Notes under the pieces: model-generated
Seen by the model: the letters and a program-made list of their open reading frames with translations, nothing else
What the model was told of the DNA's origin: nothing
Database searches by the model: none
Shown: positions 35,101 to 43,716 of the stretch, piece by piece
How the letters are laid out: every line of letters begins with the position of its first letter
How positions within the stretch are numbered: the stretch's first letter is position 1
Position numbers and translations under genes: made by a program
DNA from: Prorocentrum cordatum
Taxonomy: Eukaryota
Assembly: GCA_963575745.1 (NCBI GenBank)
Contig: CAUYUJ010000127.1
Coordinates: 1-64,000, forward strand
Length of the DNA stretch: 64,000 nt
Direction: 5' to 3'

Positions 35101-37210
35101 GCGGAACCACGCGAGCGCCGCCCCGTACGATGCCACCCTGTCCATGCTGGCGACCGGCAAGCCGTGCCCGTCCTTCTGGTTGGCCCCCGCCTTTGTGGAG
35201 AATTTGGCGCTGGCCGCCGCTGGCACCCCTCCCCCTGGCCCGCTGGCCGTCTTTGGTGCTCGTGCTGCCGACGCTGCGCTGGCTGAACTTCGTGAGAGCG
35301 GCCGACTTCGTCCTCGACCTCAGAGAGCTGCTCACGAAGCGCTGCGGGCCTTTGCGATGCTGAACAAGCCCATCACTGACCTCTTCGTGCTCCGCCTGAG
35401 GAAGTTCGCTGGCAGGTCGGCGGGCCTCCTTTCGAACATCGACTGGGGCGAGTGCAAGTGCGTCCTCGCCCGCTGCCCGTGCTCGTGGGCCATGGCCGTC
35501 CTGCGCACTTGGTCTGATGGCTGGATGACTTCGGCCCGTATCATCTCACCTGACGGCCAGAAGCACTGCGTATTTGGTTGTCTAGGCAAACTCGACTCGT
35601 TGCGGCACTACGCGAGATGCCCTGTCATGCACCGTGCCCTTCGGCAGGCTCTCGCGAGACCGTTCCCGCTCCCGTGGATGACCAGATGGGGCCTATCTGA
35701 ACCCTCGCTGGCCACCTTCTCGGCGATGGCTGCCGCATGCAACATGTACAACGAAGCGAGGCTGGCGCCCGTGTGGCCCTTGCCCCCGTCCCTCCTCCGC
35801 AGCTGTGCTCTCGCTGGTGTATGTTCGATGCAGCTCGCGTCACCGCTGAAGTGCTCGGAGATCGACCGCGAGCAGCTCGGCCGTCGGGACTACCTCATTC
35901 GCAGTTCTTCATCATCTTCATCCTCGGGGTCGTCTCCACGGCTCACTCCTGCCGTTTCGTCGTCGGACAGCGACACGGCCACCGTCTCCACAGCCATCGC
36001 CACGATCCCGTCGGACTCCGACGCTGACGATGAACCTCAGCTGCCAGCGACGCCGCCAGCTACGTGCTCTCCTTCGGCTTCGGCGACCTCCCCCCCGCCT
36101 TCCTCCGCGCCCCCGTCGATGGCGCGCTCCTCATCAACTCTGAGGGCGGCCCCATCTCCATCAATGCCTTTGAGAACCTCACAGATGGCGTCCGCCTGCT
36201 CATCAATTTCGCCGCCGGCCCCAATTTCGCCCTGCTCTTGTGTGACGCCGTCCCCGCCAGTGACGTTGTCGTCTACGGGTTCGTATGCCTCGTCGCCTCC
36301 CATCGGCGTTAGATCGCAAGTCCCGTTGTCGTGTTCGGGCTCACTGTCGCCATGTGCTGGATGCCTCGTGACGCCCCAGCTGGGCCCAGGCGTTAGATCG
36401 CAAGACCCGTTGTCGTGTTCGGGCTACACGTCGCCACATGTACGATGCTTCGATGGGGAGCATCTCTCCCGTGGCGTTAGAATGCAAGTCCCGTTGTCGT
36501 GTTCGGGCTCGCCGTCGCCACATGATCGTTGCCGTGATTCGGGACGCTGGTCCGACGGCGTTAGATCGCAAGTCCCGTTGTCGTGTTCGGGCTCGCAGTC
36601 GCCACGTGTCGGACGAAATCCTGGGAATTTGGTGGCTGCACGACGTTCGGCGCGTTCATCGACCCCGGCTTCCGAGCGCTCCACTACACCGATGTCCACG
36701 TGCTTTCCGATGTCGCGCTCCCCTTCGGTGTCGCCGACGGCTCTGATGTCGCCCCCACCGTTGCCCTCTGAGTGCGCTTCGGAAAATGAGCAGCCTGTTT
36801 TATCTTTTCCCCCCCGCACGTCCGTCGCCCTTCGGCAGGCCGCCCTGGCCCCACCTCTCCCTCACGCGTCGCCCTCCTCAGACGAGCCAGATCTGACCTG
36901 TCACGCCACTCTCGAGGCTGGCCTTCCCCCCACCCGTCCTTCGCTCCCGAGTGCTGCCCCTGCCTCTGCTTGCCCCCCGCCTGCTCCCCCTCCCTCCGCG
37001 TTTGTGCCTGTCATGTTTCCCGATGTCTTTTCGTCGCTCGGCCCCTCGAGCTCATCGCTTGTACCATCTCTCGCTGGCGCCATCGCGCCCCGCCTGATTG
37101 AAATAGCCGCTCGCGACGTCTTCATCGCGGGCGGCACCGTGCTGGCCGACTCGGCCGTCAATGGTGCGCCCCGCCCGCCGCCGCCCGACGAGGCGCGCCG
37201 CAGGGGGTAG
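32132..37210 (+). CDS. LINE ORF2: APE endonuclease, reverse transcriptase, CCHC knuckle and long Ser/Pro-rich tail (start uncertain; frame open from ATG 31007)
   Basis: APE motifs ATWN, ALQEVH, VLGDFN, TIDRV, SDH (~32237-33030). RT motifs SAPGPD, QRGFIPGR, LDFGQAF, GIIQGCALS, CADD (34487-98), YLG. C-x3-C-x8-H-x3-C at 35567-35620. Confidence 0.93.
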   Translation: MLSRSSRIRPTPASGVFSAAGLFHLPPPPPGSAAPTFRIATWNSRALLQAGGDKAILKRKYVLSLRPLSTVIALQEVHQDHFQLDSFFRSIASGLTIHSSFISDADDGHRRGGVAVVLPPLACQGFSAPSSSSTVLVPGRAMLVRVWDDCRTLDIFNIHNHGLSAQQVREVATAIRVSQRAAALDPDMYTTFVLGDFNFATREALALAAPAAAVRKLSKCHHVQAPKWRQALALLTEIACEDPTHYEKFNDSCATIDRVFCSITGWQLCQLYVQIGTLGTPAAVFDKKISDHAAVVLSLACRPPRPVESRPIPKHLFSEPGFKRRLEGLCSCIPWDSMSPPFQVEKYKELLKISAAETRDTLFRDRPHHPRTCLLLARALARVVWRQDLRMASRLQDSHPLAIDMISITDGKVELRHPPSFQAWVDQVQTEAAESAKAELEDRRRREGDRVQIRAQVRALERRARLWSPLNRRISLSAVIAPDGSAVSVPSDRLRVLSEHWAPVFQKKPWDVAAAAPYLRRLAPDLPADLHLPPPSKNMLRRAIRSAQHSAPGPDALPHAAWAASSWGADILWDALGWVLRGQELFANTSDTIQIFLPKNVTDLELRDASCSRSPGKVRVLGLRNCDLKRISSTVNRAIRPALVSLAPPCQRGFIPGRNFGNNILELDVSSRQMSVVPHGSTDIPVLYSLDFGQAFPSLNQDFLILSLRALKLPEAFVSFVAFLYASVEGVVSHLGLLVVHIFWIQSGIIQGCALSGTLYALSTAVFLVDLASRVEAAGLGLVRACADDIGGTLLAIRHLVHVYRVMQMASDMANLALKVSKCKIVPLSDRFSPDLSATVSYWVSHLVPEWSSFEVAPKLLYLGLWLGPAVVPSTCWIDPVAKLRLRAQAIGRGTTPASLSATLYSTRAVTTISYVAQFCWPPSSVLQPELATLAQVFRIPLGTFALDFWTQIAQWGGARCTRWGHLAVATITRAALRTFPGWERLLQQLRNHASAAPYDATLSMLATGKPCPSFWLAPAFVENLALAAAGTPPPGPLAVFGARAADAALAELRESGRLRPRPQRAAHEALRAFAMLNKPITDLFVLRLRKFAGRSAGLLSNIDWGECKCVLARCPCSWAMAVLRTWSDGWMTSARIISPDGQKHCVFGCLGKLDSLRHYARCPVMHRALRQALARPFPLPWMTRWGLSEPSLATFSAMAAACNMYNEARLAPVWPLPPSLLRSCALAGVCSMQLASPLKCSEIDREQLGRRDYLIRSSSSSSSSGSSPRLTPAVSSSDSDTATVSTAIATIPSDSDADDEPQLPATPPATCSPSASATSPPPSSAPPSMARSSSTLRAAPSPSMPLRTSQMASACSSISPPAPISPCSCVTPSPPVTLSSTGSYASSPPIGVRSQVPLSCSGSLSPCAGCLVTPQLGPGVRSQDPLSCSGYTSPHVRCFDGEHLSRGVRMQVPLSCSGSPSPHDRCRDSGRWSDGVRSQVPLSCSGSQSPRVGRNPGNLVAARRSARSSTPASERSTTPMSTCFPMSRSPSVSPTALMSPPPLPSECASENEQPVLSFPPRTSVALRQAALAPPLPHASPSSDEPDLTCHATLEAGLPPTRPSLPSAAPASACPPPAPPPSAFVPVMFPDVFSSLGPSSSSLVPSLAGAIAPRLIEIAARDVFIAGGTVLADSAVNGAPRPPPPDEARRRG
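36305..36640 (+). repeat. Four 84-nt units with a conserved ~37-nt core and variable remainder, inside ORF2
   Basis: GGCGTTAGATCGCAAGTCCCGTTGTCGTGTTCGGGCT at 36305, 36389, 36473 and 36557 (0-2 mismatches). Confidence 0.92.
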
Positions 37211-38099
37211 GCAGGAGCAGTGGATCCTCCTGGTACGCTGGGCTCCTCCTCCTCCTCCTCCTCCTCCTCCTCCTCCTGCTCCTGCTGCTTCTAAGTGCAT
37301 TGTGTCCTGGTTTCCTTTTCACCATCCCTTCTCCCTCGTCCCCCCCCTCTTCGCGTCTCCCGCACTTCCTCCCTCCTCTGCCTCTCCTGCCTCCGTCATA
37401 CCTTCCTGGCTTCTTCCTCCCTTCCTCCTTCCCTGCCCTCTCCTCCTCCCAATTCCCTTTGCTCTCAAAAGGCAGACCTGCAGCCGCTGGCTGGGGGGGA
37501 GGACCAGGCCAGCGCTTCCGCAGCGGAGTCGCTGGTCAGGACTGCCGTGCTCACATGTTCCATCCTCCTCTTGTCCTTCCCTTTGTTCTCTGTCTTCCTT
37601 CTCCTTCTCCTCCTCCTCCTTTTCCTTTCCCTCCCCCTCCTCCTCGTCATACTCCTCATCGTCGTCGTCCTCGTAGTCCTCTTCTTGCTCCGCCTCCTCC
37701 TCCTCCTCCTTTTCCTCCTTTTCCTTCTCTTCCTCCTCCCCATCCTTGTGCCCTCCACCTCAATATTCGTCCTCCTCACCTCCTCATCCTCCTCCTCCTC
37801 TTCCTCCTCCTCCTCCTCCTCCTCCTCCTCCTCCTCCGCAATCTCATCATCCCCCATTCCCACTCCTCTCCTAATCATGATCAATCTTTACCAGTTTTGC
37901 AAACAGCATGAAGCTTTCTCCGCATCCTTGACCTTCATCTCCTCATCCTGCTCACATGTATCTTCCTCCTTCTCCTCCACTTTCTCATCCGCCTGCTCCT
38001 CCCCCTCTGCTTCCGCCTTTCGCTTCCTCCTCCCCCCTCCCCCTCCCCATCCCCGTCGCTCATCCTCCTTTGCCTACCCTTACCCGATGGAGCAATTAT

Positions 38100-38420
38100 G
38101 AAGGGAACCGGTAACTGCATGGGAACGTGGACGGAAACCGGGAGCCAGAAAGTTGGGAACCGGGAAGCGGGAACGGGAACCGGGAGCCGAAAACCGGGGG
38201 AGCTGGGAACTGGGAGCGAGAGCCAGGAGTCGGGAACCGGGAACGGGAATGGGAATTTGGGAGCCGGGAGTTGGGGACCGGGAGCCGGGAACGGGGAACC
38301 TGGAACCTGGAACCTGGAACCCGGAACCCGGAGTTGTGAATTGGGAGCGGGGAGCCAGGAGCCAGGATCTGGGAGACGGGAGCGCAGGACCTGGAGCATG
38401 TGTTCGGGAGTTGGGAAGCC
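38100..38420. repeat. (GGGAACC/GGGAGCC)n degenerate heptamer repeat (also ~46920-47050, ~47470-47620 and inverted at ~25670-25760)
   Basis: Direct reading. Confidence 0.85.
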
Positions 38421-38483
38421 AGGACGGAGGGAGAACGAAGGAGAGTGATACGCACATACATGCATATCTATATATATATATAC

Positions 38484-38526
<43 letters not shown>

Positions 38527-38777
38527 GATATGCATGTAGATATGCATGTATGTGTATATATATATGTGTGTGTACACCATGCCACACAGACATACGCACA
38601 TATGTACATGGGAGATCCCGACCCCAGGGCCCCACGCCTGTGCACTCTCGCCCCCACGCCCTGGGCGGTTCTCCCGGAGGCCCCCGAGGCTCCCGGACCG
38701 CCCGCGCGCTCCAGGAGCGCCCAGGGCATCCCGCCCAAGAGGCTTCCAGGACGCCCTGGCAGAGGCCCAAGAGCGCT

Positions 38778-38962
38778 CCGAGACCCCCTCGAGTCATGAA
38801 AAAATCACGACGGAAGGTTTTTCTATATTTTCCGCCTCTGGGGACCCTTACCGGCCCTCGGGACCGTCAAAAAACAACTCAGGATGAAAAACAGGTCCCG
38901 GCGAAAAGGTCCCGACCTCTGGGGGTCGCGTCATGAAAAAATCATGACGTCGGGGGTCTGGG
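38778..38962. mobile_element. MITE family A copy, TSD CT
   Basis: CCGAGACCCCC...GGGGGTCTGGG flanked by CT on both sides. Confidence 0.85.
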
Positions 38963-39559
38963 CTCCGGGACGCCACAAGATGGCCTCGAGAAGACCCAAG
39001 AGGCATCCCAAGAGGGCCCCAGGAGGCCAAAATCGCCCCATTCCTTTCGGAGAACGTGCACTTGCGTCCTCATCGTTTCTGTTCCATTTAGACGGGGTCC
39101 AGGACTGCCCAAGATGCCTTGGATGGGGGCCACAAGACGGCTCCAGAGGGCCCCAAGACGGCCCAAGGGGGCCTCAAGAAGACCCAGGACGGCCCAGGAA
39201 GGCCCCGGCAGGACCCCAGAGGAGCCCAAAGGAGGCCTCCAGATACCCACAAGAGAGCCCACGGACGCCCACAGCACCCGAAGACGGCACAGAACAGCCC
39301 TAGGGCGGCCTCAGGGGGGTTCGAACATCGCTCAAAGATGCCCCAAGAGGCCTCCCCAAGAGAGCCCAACGGGCCCCAAAACGATCGTTGAAAGTAGATA
39401 TTTTTGGGCTCCCAGATCCCAATCTATTCACTTTCGGCGCCTTCCTACTTGAATCAACGAGAGTCTTTCCATTTTCCTTTCTCTCTAGGGGGTGGGCGGA
39501 GACCCAATCTACTTCGATCAACACCTTCCTACATCACGTTTCTACCCACTTCCGACCGA

Positions 39560-40312
39560 CGGGTGTGTGTGTGCTTATGTGTACGTATGTATGTACGTGT
39601 GTACGTATGGATGTGTGCATGTATGTATGTATGCATGCATGCATATGTGTAGACAGGTAGGTCGGTAGGCAGTCATGTAGGTGGGTAGGTAGATGTTGCA
39701 TGCACGTATGTATGTATACATGCATGCATGCATGCATGCATGCATGCATGTATGTATGTATGTCTATAGACAGGTAGGCATGTAGGTAGGCAGGTAGGTA
39801 GGTAGATAGGTATGCATGCATGCATGCATGTACGTATGGGTGTGCGTAATCATGTAAAGTATGGATGCGTGGATGTATGCATGTAGGTAGGTAGGTAGGT
39901 AGGTATGTCTGTATGTATGTATGTATGTATGTATGTAGGTAGGTCGGTAGGTAGGTAGGTAGGTAGGTAGGTAGGTAGGTATGTGTGTCTGTATGCATGC
40001 ATGCATGCATGCATGCATGCATAGTTGGGTGTATATATATATGCATGTATGTATGTATGTATGTATGTATGTATGTATGTATGTATGTATGTATGTATGT
40101 ATGTATGTATGTATGTATGTATGTACGTGTGCATGCATGCATGCATGCATGTATGTATGTATATATGTAGGTATGTATGTTTGTATGTATGTATGTATGT
40201 GTGTATAAGTGTGTATGTAGTTGTGTATGTATGTATGCATACATGCATGTATGAATGTATGTATGTATGTGTGTATGTTTATACATATATACATATATAC
40301 ACATATCAAATG

Positions 40313-40346
<34 letters not shown>
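39560..40346. repeat. Compound (TATG)n/(TAGG)n/(CATG)n/(TA)n microsatellite
   Basis: Direct reading. Confidence 0.97.
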
Positions 40347-40347
<1 letters not shown>

Positions 40348-41033
40348 TCGTACCTATACGACCGCCCTGCGGGCGATAAGGAGGCTGGGGGTAGGTTGAG
40401 ACCAAATGCCCACCCTGACTGACGTCCAGCCTGTCACCTTGATCTCATCTCTCTATTTCTCTGTCTCTCTCTCTCTCTGTCTCGCTCTCTCTCTCTCTCT
40501 CGCCCTCTCTCTCTCTCTCCCTCTCTATCAGAGTCTCCCTCCACCACAATGATGATCGCGATGACGATGAGATCCCACGGGACGCCCGGGACACCCGGGA
40601 CACCCAGGACACCGCCCGGCCCAGTTGGGACACCTCCCGGCCACCGGCGGACGGGAAACGGACTTTCGCTCCTACTGACACCCGGGACACCCGGGACACC
40701 GCCCGGCCCAGCTGGGACACCTCCCAGCCACCGGCGGACGGGAACGGACTTTCGCTCCTGCTTCGGCCCAGCTACAGGAGGATCACGCGCAGCTTCGCCT
40801 CGCCCGCACGCGCGACGTCGAGCACGAAACCGAAGCCGATTTCCCGGTGGGGGGTCTCCGCTTCACGGCGATGTCACCCCCCAAACCTCCGATGTATGCA
40901 CACGGGTAACAGCAGGAGCGGGCGCTCGGGGCTCTTGGCGGGCGGCCCCAGCAGCGCGTGGCTGTTGCAGGCCTCCTGGAGCCCTCCGGAGGCCCTCCGG
41001 GCCGCTTCAGGCGCCCGGGTCCGTCCTTGCTGC

Positions 41034-41201
41034 TCACCACCCACCAAACCACCCCAACCCAACCCGAAGGTCTCGATATGCCCTCCATTTCCAGTTGGGG
41101 GGGGGTCGGGGAACATTGAGAAAACACGTATGGAACCCGTACCCCCCCCAACCCGAAATTCGGGTCTTCGGGTTGGGTTGGGGTGGTCTGGTAGGTAGTC
41201 A
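41034..41201. mobile_element. MITE family D, 5-bp TSD GCTGC (second copy 48390-48572, flanks TCCAC/CCCAC)
   Basis: ~35-bp TIR ACCA(A/G)ACCACCCCAACCCAACCCGAAG; termini TCACC...AGTCA. Confidence 0.88.
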
Positions 41202-41219
41202 GCTGCAGTCACCCCCAAA

Positions 41220-42440
41220 GTGCTCTCGAGAGCCTGGGGGACGAGTGAGAACGCGCCAAGGGCCGTCTCAGATGCTCAAGATGGCCTCAAGCAGCCACAA
41301 TGGCCTCCGAGAGGCCTCCCAAGAAAAAAACCCAATACGTCAAAGGCACTGACTTCCACAAGGTTTCAACAGATTTCAGCTTTCTCGCCTATTCGAGACC
41401 CGACGCTCCAAGAGGGCCCAAGAGGCCCGAAATATCGCACCAAGCTGGTCCAAGAGGCCCCTAAGGGGGGCCCAGACGGCCCAAGAGGCCGCCAAGATGG
41501 CCCGAGGGGTCCCCAAGACACCCCAAAAGAGACCCCAGAAAGGGAACACCACCCGGCATTTCGAGCCCTCCGCCCTCTGACGACCCCCGTGACCGCCAGC
41601 ATGCCCCCAAGAGCCCCCCAGAACCTCCAGGAGGCCCCCATGAGGCCCCACGAGAGCTCCAAGAGCCCCTCCCCCAAGAGGGACCCAACTGGTCATAATC
41701 ATCATATGTTTGATTGATTTGGGCGGTCTCGCCTTGTCGAGCTTCCGACGCATCAAGACTCCCCAAGGGGCCCCCATTTATTCGCCAAGGCGGCCGCAGA
41801 AGCCCCCAAGAGGGCACCCAGGCGGCCCAAGAGGGCCCCAAGACGGCCCAGTTAGAGTGGGCCCCAAGACGACCCAAGAGAGGCACCAGAAAGGCAAAAC
41901 ACGAACCGACATTTCGAGCCGTCCGCCCCAGCTCCAAGATGACCCCCGAGACCGCCAGCAGGCTCCCAAGAGCCCCTCTGAACCTCCAGGAGGCTCCCAA
42001 GAGGCCCCACGAGGGCTCCACGAACCTCCCAAGAAGACCCAAGATGTCAAAGCATTGATTTTCTTTTGGTTTTGGAATGATTGGAGCGTTCTCGCCTTCG
42101 CGGGCTTTCTGACGCTCCAAGACGGCTCAAGTGGCTCCAAACATCGCTCCGAGACGACCCAAGATATTCCCGAGAGGGCACCAAAACGGCCCAATAGGGC
42201 CCCACGACGGCCCAAGAAGACCCCGCCCCAAGAGGGGCCCTCAGGGGGAACACGAATCGACATGTCGAGCCCTACGCCCCAAGATGACCCCTGGGACCGC
42301 CAGCAGGCCTCAAGAGGCCCCCCAGAGCCTCCAGCAGGCCCCCAGAAGACGCCCAACTCAGGCCCCAAGCAGCCCTCAGAAATCCTCGAGAGGCTCCCAA
42401 GACTCCCCGCAACCGCCTCAAAGAGAGACCCCAAGTCCCC
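41220..42440. repeat. CCAAGA-rich dispersed low-complexity repeat (also ~38970-39400; inverted at ~23290-23720, ~54800-55100, ~56870-57110)
   Basis: Dense GGCCC(C)AAGA(G/C) motifs. Confidence 0.7.
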
Positions 42441-42520
42441 CTTCGGCCTCCTGTCACCATTCCAGCGGACTCGTACCGCCGATTCCGGGCCGTTGTCCCC
42501 CCCCCCTCCGGTAGGCAGGT

Positions 42521-42710
42521 GCATACTCCAGATTTCGTACTAAAAGGGAGGGGGTCTGGACCCTCCAAGACAAGCCATTTCAGACCTCCCCCTGTGGGAG
42601 AACCCTCCAAAACATCGTCCCCAGACCCCCCAGGCCCTCCAAGACAGCCTGGAAGAGACCCCCCCCCGAAATGAGACCCCCCTCCCTTTATGATGAAGTC
42701 TGGGGTAGGG
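42521..42710. mobile_element. MITE-like inverted-repeat element
   Basis: TACTCCAGATTTCGT..AAAGGGAGGGGGTCT is inverted to AGACCCCCCTCCCTTT..ATGAAGTCTGGGGTA. TSD not resolved. Confidence 0.55.
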
Positions 42711-43004
42711 TTCGCATGTGGCCCCCTAGCAAAGGAAGAGGAGGGCGAGGAGGAGGAGGAAGAGGAGGAGGAGGAGGAGGAGGAGGAGGAGGAAGAGGAG
42801 GAGGAGGAGGAGGAGTAGGAGGAGGAGGAGGGCGAGGACGATCTGCCCATTCGTAGCCCGCCGATCTGCCCATTCGCAGCCCCATCCTCCCGACCGCTTC
42901 TATGCGTGGGTGGCTTCCGTCCCCGACACCTTTAGGAAAAAAGGGCGGCGCGCCCTTGGATATCCGGCCTCCTCCCTGGGAGCATCGCCACGAGATCCTT
43001 GGGA

Positions 43005-43358
43005 CCCAGACCCCCTCGAGCCATGAAAAGATCACGACGGGAGGCTTTTCGCCCTTCTCGCCCTCCGGAGACCCCTACCGGCCCTCGCGAGGCCGTCAAA
43101 AAACAGCTCAGGATGAAAAACCGGTCCCGGCGAATAGGTCCGGACCTCTGTCAGGAGGGGAAAAAACACACAGACACAATTAATCGGCGATTCCCAGAAC
43201 ATATGGGAAAATATGGGAAGTGGGGGGGAAGACAGAAACCCAGAAAATATGCGAAAAGATGGAGGATCTTTTTATTTGTGTGTATTTATTTGTGTGTCCT
43301 GGAGCCCCTTCACTCTGGGGGTCGCGTCGTGAAAAAATCATGACGTCGGGGGTCCGGG
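43005..43358. mobile_element. MITE family A copy (TSD GA) interrupted by a family B element
   Basis: The family A sequence resumes exactly after the insert and the duplicated CTCTG. Confidence 0.9.
43151..43312. mobile_element. Family B element, 162 bp, 5-bp TSD CTCTG (others: 48752-48923; 50631-50851 TSD AGGGT; 51252-51413 TSD CTGTT)
   Basis: Termini TCAGGAGGGG...GCCCCTTCA; three copies have three different perfect 5-bp TSDs. Confidence 0.9.
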
Positions 43359-43530
43359 GAGGGAGCCTCCGGCGGAGGAGGGCCCGGGCGCCAGGGCCAC
43401 GCCTGGACTCGCCTGCGGTCGGAGACGGCGGGTCGGGCGAGGGGCGGTTCTCCGGGCGAGGCTGGGACGGCGTGATGCGTCGTTCCGGAGCGTTCCCGGC
43501 AGTTCTCGGAGCGCCCTGGAGCGCTCCAGA

Positions 43531-43716
43531 CCCAGACCCCCTCGAGTCATGACAAAAATCACGACGGAAGGTTTTTCGCTATTTTCGCCCTCGGGGGGCC
43601 CTTACCGGCCCTCGGGACCGTCAGAAAACAACTCAGGATGAAAAACCGGTCCCGGCGAATAGGTCCGGACCTCTGGGGGTCGCGTCATGAAAAAATCATG
43701 ACGTCGGGGGTCTGGG
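43531..43716. mobile_element. MITE family A reference copy, 186 bp, TSD GA
   Basis: Perfect 11-bp TIR CCCAGACCCCC/GGGGGTCTGGG, extending imperfectly through GTCATGA. Confidence 0.9.

Larger units (their letters stand above)
30885..37247 (+). mobile_element. Full-length, apparently intact non-LTR retrotransposon (L1/Tx1-like) embedded in (CCT)n
   Basis: DinoSL at the 5' end, ORF1 and ORF2 without internal stops, ~35-nt 3' UTR running into CCT repeats, no poly(A). Any TSD is hidden by the microsatellite. Confidence 0.93.

Noticed and set aside
36037..36312. Natural-looking antisense and alternate-frame ORFs within the ORF2 tail
   Set aside because: Short, and explained as shadows of Ser/Pro codon usage.
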